DNA of 62,411 nucleotides from a virus (taxonomy: Duplodnaviria; Caudoviricetes), in IMG/VR virus record IMGVR_UViG_3300037722_000432, positions 1 through 62,411 of that record. The stretch is one strand, 5' to 3'. Position 1 is the stretch's first letter. Each line of letters begins with the position of its first letter. The notes below the pieces were generated by a model. It was not told the DNA's origin, made no database searches, and was given only the letters and a program-made list of their open reading frames with translations. Below, piece after piece: positions 1 through 9,296 of this stretch. The position numbers and the translations under genes are program-made.

Positions 1-57
1 GGTCCAAGTGGATACTGGCAGCGGAGTTCATCGTTGGGGATCGCATTACCTGGCAAC
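1..57. repeat. Terminal direct repeat (circular assembly overlap), identical to 62355-62411
   Basis: GGTCCAAGTG...TGGCAAC occurs at both ends, and an ORF starting at GTG 62243 reads through the join to TGA 123-125. Confidence 0.95.
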
Positions 58-121
58 GTCAGACGCCATCGTCACGGCGCTGGTCGAAGAGCGCTGCCCT
101 CACTTCGTTGGAGGAGCAACA

Positions 122-325
122 GTGAGCGGCTGTACCTGCGCCAAACCTGGGGAAACCGATCCGAAGTGCATCGCTCACGGTGACAGTCCGACCGTGTGTC
201 CCCGCTGTCTGGGCGTGGGTGTGGTCTGGTATCCACAGGGAGGTCCGCATGGTATCGGCAGCCGTAGTAAATGTGATCTATGTGGTGGAAGCGGCCTGCC
301 CGCGACAGGAGAGGAGCAACAGTGA
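122..325 (+). CDS. Small Cys-rich protein with DnaJ-like CxxCxGxG zinc-finger motifs
   Basis: CPRCLGVG and CDLCGGSG motifs; GTG 122 follows GGAGGAG and overlaps the upstream TGA. Confidence 0.65.
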   Translation: MSGCTCAKPGETDPKCIAHGDSPTVCPRCLGVGVVWYPQGGPHGIGSRSKCDLCGGSGLPATGEEQQ

Positions 326-579
326 GCCTACGAGAAGGACTTAAGACCGCTCTCGGTCATCGGATCAACAACACAAAGGGGCTCCTAGCTAGACCCCTCT
401 ACGGGTCGGACGTGGACCCGATGATCGACGCCATCCTCGACTACCTGGAAGCCAAGGTTGCGGTACCGATGTTCCTAACGTCAAAACTGACTGGCGCTTG
501 GGCCGTATGTGACCCAGACGATGCCGATGCTTTGGTGGTGGACATCAATGCTCTCCGCATACAGGAGAACCAACTATGA
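322..579 (+). CDS. Hypothetical protein
   Basis: GTGA overlap start after GAGGAG; part of a coupled gene array. Confidence 0.6.
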   Translation: MSLREGLKTALGHRINNTKGLLARPLYGSDVDPMIDAILDYLEAKVAVPMFLTSKLTGAWAVCDPDDADALVVDINALRIQENQL

Positions 580-932
580 GCGAAGCAAGACTGGAATTGG
601 TCGAGACTAAGCAAGTACGTCAGTTCGCCTTTGACATTGTGATGGGCGTGTTGGGTATGGACGAGTCCGACATGGATGACCAGGCTTACGCTTCAGAGCA
701 GGTCGAAGGCTGGATGGAGCATTGGGAGAAGTCTCGCCGAGTCATGTCCATACCAACCGAAGAGATGGTAGAGGCTGCAGCGATGGCCCTCTTTGATGAG
801 ACGAGGCTAACCCACCCCGACACATGGGAGACGGCACCTGAACGGTCTAGGGAAGTCAACCGAGGGTTTGTGCGTGTTGCTCTTACTGCTGCTTTCAACA
901 TACTGGGCATACAGGAGAAGGTAGACACATGA
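576..932 (+). CDS. Hypothetical phage protein (PTEEMVEAA motif)
   Basis: AGGAG RBS and ATGA overlaps at both ends. Confidence 0.65.
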   Translation: MSEARLELVETKQVRQFAFDIVMGVLGMDESDMDDQAYASEQVEGWMEHWEKSRRVMSIPTEEMVEAAAMALFDETRLTHPDTWETAPERSREVNRGFVRVALTAAFNILGIQEKVDT

Positions 933-1576
933 TCGTGGGAGAAATTGGAGAAACTATGCGCGAGATGAAGGACTTTCAGAACCTCCAAATCAATATAGAC
1001 AGAGGGGGTCACGGATCAGTAGTGGTTGACGGTGTTGACATTTCAGATGTCTTGAAGGGATTTGTTCTCATGTCTGGAATAGGACGTGAGACGGCGTTCA
1101 AGTACGAACCAACTAACAACCTGACAAACCAACCCATCCCTCGACCTCCTTGCGCTAACTGCCCTCACGAGTGGCAATATCACTATGCCCAAGGAGGGGA
1201 ATCAGGGTGCGAAATGAGGGAATCCATAGATGGGGAATTCCTCCCTTCCGCTTACCGACATCTGGCCTACGTGGAGTGTTCCTGTCCTGGGTACGAACCC
1301 AAGTCTTATGACACCGAACCCATCCAGTCACCCGAGATTCCTCCCGATTTCTCTTTTCCCAGTGAAGCCTACCTAACTCTCACTCGTGGAGAGTGGCCTC
1401 TTGAACTCGACATCAATTCCACCCATGCTATCTCCACGATCCGTCGCAAACGTACTGGCCGGAAGGACTACCAAGTGAAAACCTGGCTCGTGAAGATAAC
1501 TCCTATAGCCGAGATGGAACTGGTCAAGGAAGTGGAGAGACTAGAGAGGAAACTCCCGAATGAAGAAACTAGTTGA
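929..1576 (+). CDS. Hypothetical protein with Cys/His cluster
   Basis: Coupled ORF; CANCPH...H...C...CSC motif. Confidence 0.6.
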   Translation: MIVGEIGETMREMKDFQNLQINIDRGGHGSVVVDGVDISDVLKGFVLMSGIGRETAFKYEPTNNLTNQPIPRPPCANCPHEWQYHYAQGGESGCEMRESIDGEFLPSAYRHLAYVECSCPGYEPKSYDTEPIQSPEIPPDFSFPSEAYLTLTRGEWPLELDINSTHAISTIRRKRTGRKDYQVKTWLVKITPIAEMELVKEVERLERKLPNEETS

Positions 1577-2932
1577 AGTACCCCAGTCTCTCTACCCATC
1601 TCACTCGTGGTTGAAGGACAACGACAACCGCGCGGCCTTGAGGGACTTCCTTGCTGCCTATGACCTCAACATTGGGGTGGTACAAACCTTGACATTTCAT
1701 CTGGAATCCTTTGAGGCGGTCTGTTACGTGAGAGATTCCGAGGGTCATTTTGTCCTTGACGGCGAGCATCCCACTCTCCAGGTAGTTACCAAGCCTTATC
1801 TCCCCAACACCAAACCCAAGCTCCTGCGCCAAGGTCGAGCGCGATCCGGGTAGAAGGTAGGGGTTGACTTCCCCCATGATGCTCTCCCTTCCTTGCAGAC
1901 AGAAGAACCACTCGGACTGCGAGATCAACGTCAAGAGGGAAATTGACCCGTTCATCTCCCAAGTTGTTTGTGAGTGTCCTTGCCATGAAGACGATAGTGG
2001 AGGATCTGGGGTGAGGGAGCCCCGCCGTCCTCGCAAACCGGACAAGTCGATGGGGGAAACGGTGGAAGTGGAGTACATATGACCCCGCGCGCAAGGGTTG
2101 TAGGTGGTTCCCTAATCTGTTAGGGTGATCGGGCTGATGATCCAAGTTCGCCTCTTCCAAGACTCCTCTGGGCTCTACCATTACCAGTTCACCCGGAGCG
2201 GGGAAAACGATGGCCGACACCGACCTACCGCGTGCGGGCTTGACCCCAATACCTTGACCCCTGGAGCATGGTTCGACGTTGGAGATCCGCGAGGGAAAGT
2301 CCACTTCACCCGAGCCCACGATGAGTGCAGGGAAGAGTTGGAGATCTGATGACTTGGAAACGCTACAACCTTTTGGACGCCAAGGACGATTGGAGAGTGA
2401 TCCCCTCCGAGACTGTCCGGGTTCTCGATTTGTGGCCTTGCGCTGATTGTGGGAATAGGGTGGGGACGAGATCCTTTACCTGGGCAGGGAACATCAAAAG
2501 ACGCGATGTCAGGATCTACCGGGGAGGGAGAGCTTTCCACTACGTCTCCCGACGAGTGTTTTCTAACCCAGAATCGTGGCAGATTCAACGTGGGTGGATT
2601 CAACTCAGATGTGGGAGGTACATAACCCAACCATCTAGTGACCAAATAAAGTACGCCTTGAGTCTGGAGAAATAACTATGGCTTGTGACGCATCCATGAT
2701 TGGGAACTCTCTCCACTTCAAGGACGAGTGTTTCATGGACGAGGACCGATACCAAGTCGAAGTGGACGGGGAGACACTATCTATCTGCCCTGGGCATTTT
2801 GAGGTTGTTATTGATCTAGTCGAATGGGTGATCGAATATGCTCCAAAACTTAGGGTTGCGACCCAGCGAATCATCTTGTCGAGAATGATCCCCCCAGTCC
2901 CACTCACCGAGTTCAAACCCCCTAATGTGTGA
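1560..2932 (+). CDS. Run of small hypothetical genes (1560-1853, 1876-2082, 2125-2349, 2349-2675, 2678-2932)
   Basis: Tightly packed same-strand ORFs, several Cys-rich; no recognisable family. Confidence 0.5.
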
Positions 2933-2965
2933 AGCAGCAAGCCCCCTTCCGGGGAGGAGGACCCA

Positions 2966-3475
2966 ATGCTCCCAATCCAAGCACTATCTATCGTCGCCTG
3001 TCTCTGGTTCGGATGCCCCGAGTCAGAGATACCCGAGGTCTATTCACCTGAACCGAACACAACCCACTACCTGGAGGTCGAGCCCACAGCCATCGCACTC
3101 AATCAACCTATCGACTTGGCTGAGCCCGAACCAGTCGCCCAATCCACTTCCCAATCTGCTAACCGTGGGATGGGGAACCGAACCTCCGACGTGGAAGAAT
3201 GGCGTCCTCTCGTTGCAGGACATTTCAACCCTGAGGACGTGGACATGGCCCTATGCCTCATGTCGTTTGAATCAGGGGGAAATCCAAATGCCAAGAACCC
3301 TAGAAGTTCAGCCCGTGGCCTCATGCAGATCATGGCGAGTGTCTGGGCGGAAGAGTATGGGTTCTCATATGACGACCTTTATACCCCCGAGATAAACCTG
3401 TTCGTAGCCAGGAAGGTTAAGGACACACAAGGATGGGGAGCATGGGCTCCTTACAACAGAGGAGAATGTAGATGA
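2966..3475 (+). CDS. Secreted lytic transglycosylase (SLT/Rpf-like lysozyme fold)
   Basis: Hydrophobic N-terminus; catalytic motif FESGGNPNAKN..SARGLMQI and C-terminal GWGAW; GGAGGAGG RBS. Confidence 0.85.
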   Translation: MLPIQALSIVACLWFGCPESEIPEVYSPEPNTTHYLEVEPTAIALNQPIDLAEPEPVAQSTSQSANRGMGNRTSDVEEWRPLVAGHFNPEDVDMALCLMSFESGGNPNAKNPRSSARGLMQIMASVWAEEYGFSYDDLYTPEINLFVARKVKDTQGWGAWAPYNRGECR

Positions 3476-4008
3476 AGAGAATCGCGACCACACTGATGAT
3501 GTTGGTGATGGTGATGCTGGTGATGGGATCTACCCTGGCATTGACCGCGCTAGGGAACGGGGAAGACCATCACCACGAGAAGAAGTGCTCGACTGGGTAC
3601 GAACAGATATACGGACACGGAGAGAAGAAGTGCCGACTGACCACGACCTCGACAATTGCTACTTCCACCACCACCACTACGCTCCCCAGCGAGACGACGA
3701 GCACTACGCAACCATCGTCTTCCACGAGCACGACCGACGTATCCCCAACGACGCAAACCCTTCTATCCACAACCACTTCGACTACCCGGCCTGCATTGAC
3801 GACGACTGCCCCTACGCCTCCCACGACCAATCTGTGTGAGAGCGAGGGAGAGGTCCCCGATCTTTGTCTAGTGCCATCTACCCCAGCCACAACCCCAGAT
3901 GTCCTCCCCTTTACTGGAATCGGGTCATTGATAGCTTGGGGAATGGCCGGATTGGGAGTGTTGGGCTCCGGGATATTGACGGTGCGCAAGGGAAGGCGAG
4001 AGGAGTAG
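3472..4008 (+). CDS. Thr-rich cell-surface protein with LPxTG (LPFTG) sortase signal
   Basis: Signal peptide MKRIATTLMML..., Thr/Ser stalk, then LPFTG, a hydrophobic helix and a RKGRR tail. Confidence 0.8.
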   Translation: MKRIATTLMMLVMVMLVMGSTLALTALGNGEDHHHEKKCSTGYEQIYGHGEKKCRLTTTSTIATSTTTTTLPSETTSTTQPSSSTSTTDVSPTTQTLLSTTTSTTRPALTTTAPTPPTTNLCESEGEVPDLCLVPSTPATTPDVLPFTGIGSLIAWGMAGLGVLGSGILTVRKGRREE

Positions 4009-4010
4009 GA

Positions 4011-4970
4011 ATGAGAGTCAACGTCTATGGGGAGGAATTAACTGACCGCGTGGAGTTGGTTGAGAAATCAGTTGACGAAGGCGGCGAGGTCTACACCTTC
4101 TACGGTGTGCGGTTCTGGTTGAAGTTCCCCAACCAAGAATGGTGGATTCATCGGAAGGTCGATGGGATAGAGGATGACGACTCCAGCGCCATAACCATCT
4201 GGGCGACCAGCAAGGAGAAGCTGGCCGAGATGTTCACCACCGCCCTGGCCTCTCTCGGTTCGGTGGTGACAGAGGAGCGGATTCAACAGGTCCGTGCCGG
4301 TTACCAGGAGGAGCTATGACCCAGACCCAAAACGATTTCCTCCTCGGGGGTAACGGGGAAGCTCTCCAGCCCATCCTCCCCATTGTCATCCGAACCCGCG
4401 AGCAGGCATACCGGACGGCCGCGTGGATCAAGCTCATGGGGGTGATCCTCCCTCACGAGGATGAGGAGTCCACTTTTGAGGAGGTCGAGGAGGCGATCCG
4501 CAACACATGAGTCCTAGGGATGAGTTAATAGAAAGAGTGACAGGGGTACTCACTCATCCTACTAATCGCTATCGACCTCCGAGAGAAGTAGCCCGACTAG
4601 TGCTTGACCAAGTGCTAGTCGGGGTGGAGGAGAGGGCCAAAGCCGGGGAGTGGGGGTATATCGGAATGGGGGTTTTGGTAGAGGTAGTAGAGAAGTTGAG
4701 AGAAGACCCAACTCCATGATCCTCTACGTCGGTGTCCATCCCAGGTTCTTCACAGATGGCGATGCCAAGGTCCATATCGTGGAGGAGGTCATGGGAAAGC
4801 TCGCTCTTTGTGGCCGGGAAATTTTCGGAGTCATGGGGACCCTCACCCCAGAGGACAAGTTCGACTCCGACCTATGTAAGAAGTGCAGAGAGAAAGTGGA
4901 CTGGAGTCAAGTCGAATCCGGGGAGAAAGTTTGGATGGAGATGGAATACTTACTAAGAGACCCGCTATGA
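4011..4970 (+). CDS. Four small hypothetical genes (4011-4319, 4316-4510, 4507-4719, 4716-4970)
   Basis: ATGA-coupled ORFs, the first ones with GGAG-type RBS. Confidence 0.55.
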
Positions 4971-5470
4971 GTGACAACCCAACTGATCTCCATATCGGAT
5001 TCACAGGCACACGTCGAGGGATGTCCCCTCGTCAGAAATCCAGGGTGTTCGGGCTCCTCCAACATCTTCAACCAACCCGTTTCCACCACGGGGATTGTAT
5101 CGGGGCAGATGACGAGGCGGGACTTATCGCCTATCAACTCCACATCCCGATAGAACTCCACCCTCCGATCAAAGAGGTCTTTCGAGCCCACGCGGAGAGA
5201 GGGGTCACAGCCGGAGGGATTGTCCGTATCAACCCTCCCAAGGACTACTACAAACGAGACCGGGCCATCGTCATAGCGACTTCTATCCTCATAGCCACTC
5301 CTCTTGGTAACGGGGGATCACGCACAGGGGGAACGTGGTACACCGTTGATTACGCGACAGGGAAGAAGCATGACACCATCACTTGCTACACCAACGGGAA
5401 CATGGACCTATCCCGGAAGGATCTTTTGTCCAATCCCCAACGTCAGAGAAGGCTCCCTCTCGATGGCTAG
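4967..5470 (+). CDS. SLOG-superfamily (DprA/YspA-like) nucleotide-binding protein
   Basis: IGFTGTR, HHGDCIGAD, RDRAIV and GGTWYTVDYA motifs typical of SLOG folds. Confidence 0.75.
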   Translation: MSDNPTDLHIGFTGTRRGMSPRQKSRVFGLLQHLQPTRFHHGDCIGADDEAGLIAYQLHIPIELHPPIKEVFRAHAERGVTAGGIVRINPPKDYYKRDRAIVIATSILIATPLGNGGSRTGGTWYTVDYATGKKHDTITCYTNGNMDLSRKDLLSNPQRQRRLPLDG

Positions 5471-5723
5471 AAATGAACTCAGGGAGATCGTCCTGGCTAA
5501 ATTCCAGCACATCCAACAAGGGATCGACCAACCTGTTTGGGTGTCAGGAGTTCAGGTAACCGAACTGCTCAAATCCCACAATCCTAGCTCTATAAGAGTG
5601 GCGCTCCTCTTGCTGGTTGATGATGAAGTGTTGGTCCGTGAAAGGCGTCGAGGTCGAGGGAAGACAGGGCGTACAGGGCAATCAGCCTGGTATGCGCTCG
5701 CTGAGGTTCCGGCAGAGAAATAA
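5463..5723 (+). CDS. Putative winged-helix DNA-binding protein
   Basis: Short, basic; pattern SIRVALLLLVDDEVLVRE...WYAL. Confidence 0.45.
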   Translation: MARNELREIVLAKFQHIQQGIDQPVWVSGVQVTELLKSHNPSSIRVALLLLVDDEVLVRERRRGRGKTGRTGQSAWYALAEVPAEK

Positions 5724-5728
5724 CAACC

Positions 5729-5759
5729 TTGACATTCACCTAACTACCCGTGGTATAGT
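5729..5759 (+). promoter_or_regulatory. Sigma70/SigA-type promoter with extended -10
   Basis: TTGACA-N19-TATAGT, with TGG immediately before the -10. Confidence 0.6.
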
Positions 5760-5800
5760 CAGGTCGTGGTCGCGCATCCTTTCAGGTGAGCGTGAAAAGA

Positions 5801-5843
5801 GAGAGTGGACGGTTTTGGTCGGTCGTCCACTCTCTTGCTTTGT
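5801..5843. terminator. Intrinsic terminator between convergent units
   Basis: AGAGTGGACG / CGTCCACTCT stem followed by a T-rich tail. Confidence 0.75.
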
Positions 5844-5872
5844 TGGGGGGGTGATCTTGGGGGGTAGGCTTC

Positions 5873-6820
5873 CTAGATCCCACTCTCCCGAGTTAGCCGC
5901 CAAAGTTCCAAGGCCAAGGTCTCTACCTTCTCTTCGGTGGTCTTGTCCTCCGAGTTGGCGACGTGGAGAGCGATGGTTCGCTTGAAGCTCTCGTACAGAC
6001 GTTTGCCGCTTGGGGTGGTAGGGAGGATCGGGAAGAGATCCACCCCCAGATCCTCCTCCCGAGATGGACTAGTCCGTTCTGTAGGTAGGGGAGGAGACGG
6101 GGTCAAATCCTCTGGTGGGGGGAAGGGTTCTTTCGGGGGATCAAAAGTCATTTACAGACTCCCCAGTATTTCCTTCAAGTCCTCGGCTAGTCGGGGCTTC
6201 TCCCTCGCTACTGATTCTGCGTATGCGGCTACCGCGACTCTTGCATGGTGGTCTGAATCGGGTTTGAGGACGAAGGTGAACTCGGGGACCTCGATCAACC
6301 ATTGCTCCTTGCCGTTGATGTCGAAGTAGAGGGTGTCTACCCCGACTGGATGATCTATCACGTCATCTGGTTCGCGGAACACTCGGTACTTGAAGTAGAG
6401 GCCGTCCAGGTCTGGGTCGGGAGGGAGGGTGGATGTCTGGGTTCTTTCCGCGGCCTCTTCTGCTATCTGCTTCATGTGGTCGTTTTGGTCTGCCATGTGT
6501 GGTCGTCCTTCCTACGCTTGTTCTTCTATTTCTTTGTTCATCTGAGCCCAGGGTGCTACCTCATTCAGTCCCTCCACTAATGCGCTTGCTAGTTCCAAAC
6601 TGATAGTCGTACTCTCCGGGACTAGAACCCCAAACACTGGATGAATACGGAAGAGGGTTATGTCGATGTACCCTCGATGGTCATATTCTCCTCCCATCTG
6701 TTCATGCATAGAGCAGAGATGGGGGGTTATGTAGACTCGGTGTCCGTTAGGGAACTCTGCTTCATACCCCATTGAGAGGGGATTTGTGTCCGTGTCGTAT
6801 TCGGTACCGAAAAGAGGCAT
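5873..6820 (-). CDS. Three hypothetical genes (6512-6820, 6152-6496, 5873-6151)
   Basis: Minus-strand operon; the first gene is apparently leaderless (TAGAGT-N6-ATG); 6152-6496 has a phage-like FVLKP..D.HARVA..AYA motif. Confidence 0.6.
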
Positions 6821-6969
6821 TTCACTACTCTACTAGGGAGGAAGTGGAGGATCAACTAAGAGGTCAGCCCCCTACCCTAATCCAATTCCCCTTTCCCGCC
6901 TATCCTTTCTTCGTGGCGAAAACTCTCCGACCCGGCGATCTACTCCGCGACCCTGTAAAGTCCGGGATA

Positions 6970-7830
6970 ATGCCCAAGACAGCACTCCAGATAACCAACC
7001 CAGATCTCTCCATGCCCCGACATGAACGAGAAGCCGCCCTCGCCAAGCTCCCCAAGTCGTGGAGAACTACCCTAGGCAAAGCAGAAGAATGGCCTTTTGT
7101 AGATCCCGATGAGATGCTGGATGCCCCAACCAGTTCATTCGGAGATTACCCAGCCGATGAGGTCTCCACTGACATCATCCCTTTCTCCGAGTTCGAGCCC
7201 TGGGGGAAAATGGACGAGGAGACCGACCGGGATTACGAACTGTTCTCCTACTATCGAGCTTCAGGGCTAAGTCGATCTCAGTCGAGTACGGCTAGGCATT
7301 TTGGGATCAATCAGACTCGGGTACACAAGGTTGCACACGAGAACGACTGGGGAGAACGAGTCAAACAGTGGGATCTATATAGGGAGAAGATCTACACCAC
7401 CGAGGTACTTGAAGAGACCAAGCGAATGGCAAAAGACCATGCCAAGATTGCGGCCAAGGGGATCAGGGCAGTCTCTATAGCCTTTGACGAGTTGTTGAAT
7501 CGAATAGATGCTCAAGACCCAGTTCACATAGAGGAGATGAACGCCCTCGGGTTGAAATCTCTCTACGCAATGGTCGAGAAAGCAGCCAGGGTCCTTCCCA
7601 ACTTGATGAACGCGGAAAGACTGTCAAGAGGATTGCCTACGGAATTGTCCGCGTCAATGTCCTACTCCGAGAGCAAAATCATCCTCCAAACCACCGACGA
7701 CCTCGCGGAGATCATCAGGGGCTTGGGCGACGTTCTGAAATCGGGACAAGCAAGCGAAGGGGTCGAGATTGACGTAACCGACCTCCAAGATGAAGGGGAC
7801 ATAGAAGAAGCCGAGTTTTCTGACCTATGA
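6970..7830 (+). CDS. Terminase small subunit (putative)
   Basis: Immediately upstream of and overlapping terL; ET..DYELF..Y...G..RS HTH region plus W.ERV..WD motif. Confidence 0.65.
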   Translation: MPKTALQITNPDLSMPRHEREAALAKLPKSWRTTLGKAEEWPFVDPDEMLDAPTSSFGDYPADEVSTDIIPFSEFEPWGKMDEETDRDYELFSYYRASGLSRSQSSTARHFGINQTRVHKVAHENDWGERVKQWDLYREKIYTTEVLEETKRMAKDHAKIAAKGIRAVSIAFDELLNRIDAQDPVHIEEMNALGLKSLYAMVEKAARVLPNLMNAERLSRGLPTELSASMSYSESKIILQTTDDLAEIIRGLGDVLKSGQASEGVEIDVTDLQDEGDIEEAEFSDL

Positions 7831-9257
7831 CAGACCTCCACGACCGTATCGACATGATGACCGAGATGGAGCGGTCGAAATTGCGGAAGGCTGTCACCCC
7901 GAGGACCAACAAATACATCCCGACTGATCCGACCACGAGACAAACGATCTTCCTTCTCCTCCAAGATCCTCTAGAGGTCTTATATGGGGGCGCAGCCGGT
8001 GGAGGGAAGTCGGAAGCTCTCCTCACCGCGGCAGCCCAATTTGTCGATGTGCCAGGGTACGCGGCTCTCATCCTCCGACGTTCGTACCGGGATCTCGCCC
8101 TCCCTGGGGCTCTGATGGACAGGTCGATGAAATGGTGGAAGCAGACCGACGCTCATTGGGACGGGACCAACTACCGATGGACTTTCCCATCCGGCGCTCA
8201 GATCCAATTCGGGTACCTAGAACATGAAGGGGATGAAACCAGATACCAGTCCGCGGAGTTCCAAACCATCTGCTTTGACGAGTTGACCCAGTTCTCCCTC
8301 CAGCAATACACCTATATGTTCTCCCGGTTGAGGAGGACGCGGGGAGTGGATATTCCCGTGAGGATGAGATCCGCATCTAACCCTGGGGGGGTTGGACATC
8401 TCTGGGTGAAGAAACGATGGAATCTGCCAGTAGGGAATACGAGGTCAACTAATCGACTGTTTGTTGGGGCTAAACTAGAAGACAACCCTCATCTTGACCA
8501 GGACACTTACGAATTGTCCTTTGAAGAGTTGAGCGCCGTTACCAAAGCCCAACTCCGGCATGGGGATTGGACGGCCCAAAACCTGGGTGGACAGTTTGAT
8601 CCAGCCTGGTTCACGATCATAGGGAAAGAGGAGATCCCCGATGGGCGGTTCCACACCAAGAAAGTACGGCATTGGGACTTGGGGAGTTCCGAGCCCACAG
8701 AGATAGATCCTGACCCAGATGCTACCGCGGGATGTCTTCTCCTCAAAGCAAACAAGATGCCCGACAGGGTACACAACAGGTTAATGGTGGACATCCGCAA
8801 CGGAGCGAACATGACGATCCCCCAGCCCCCCTTCTGGTACATTTTCGATACCAAGAGGAAGCAGACTCATTCTGGTGGAGTTGAAGATCTCATACGCATG
8901 ACCGCGCACATGGATGGGAGGGAGGTTCCCATATCTATCGAGCAGGAGAGGGGAGCCACCGGGAAATTGTTGATAGAAAACTACCGGCACAACATCCTGA
9001 GCGGGTTCACTGTCCATCGTTTGTGGACTAGTGGGGACAAAGCCGAGCGAGCGGGGATAGTCGCGGGGTACGCGTCAAACGGGAGATACTTCCTAGTCGA
9101 AAACGAGGACGCTGGCGGGTTCTTGGACGAGATCTCCCTCTTCCAAACCAAAGGAGTCCACGATGACCGCGTTGATGGATTGTCCGGGGCTCACACCATG
9201 ATCGAGAAGCTGATCGCTATGGACGGGTTAGGGTCGGATTCGGTGGGACAGCACTAA
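7827..9257 (+). CDS. terL: Terminase large subunit
   Basis: Walker A YGGAAGGGKS, Walker B ICFDELT, SNPGG coupling motif, nuclease motifs WDLG and HDDRVDG. Confidence 0.95.
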   Translation: MTDLHDRIDMMTEMERSKLRKAVTPRTNKYIPTDPTTRQTIFLLLQDPLEVLYGGAAGGGKSEALLTAAAQFVDVPGYAALILRRSYRDLALPGALMDRSMKWWKQTDAHWDGTNYRWTFPSGAQIQFGYLEHEGDETRYQSAEFQTICFDELTQFSLQQYTYMFSRLRRTRGVDIPVRMRSASNPGGVGHLWVKKRWNLPVGNTRSTNRLFVGAKLEDNPHLDQDTYELSFEELSAVTKAQLRHGDWTAQNLGGQFDPAWFTIIGKEEIPDGRFHTKKVRHWDLGSSEPTEIDPDPDATAGCLLLKANKMPDRVHNRLMVDIRNGANMTIPQPPFWYIFDTKRKQTHSGGVEDLIRMTAHMDGREVPISIEQERGATGKLLIENYRHNILSGFTVHRLWTSGDKAERAGIVAGYASNGRYFLVENEDAGGFLDEISLFQTKGVHDDRVDGLSGAHTMIEKLIAMDGLGSDSVGQH

Positions 9258-9261
9258 CTAC

Positions 9262-9290
9262 TTGACTAGGGAGAGGGCTGATGTTATCTT
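9262..9290 (+). promoter_or_regulatory. Promoter upstream of the structured RNA/tRNA region
   Basis: TTGACT-N17-TATCTT with TGn extension. Confidence 0.65.
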
Positions 9291-9296
9291 CATCGA

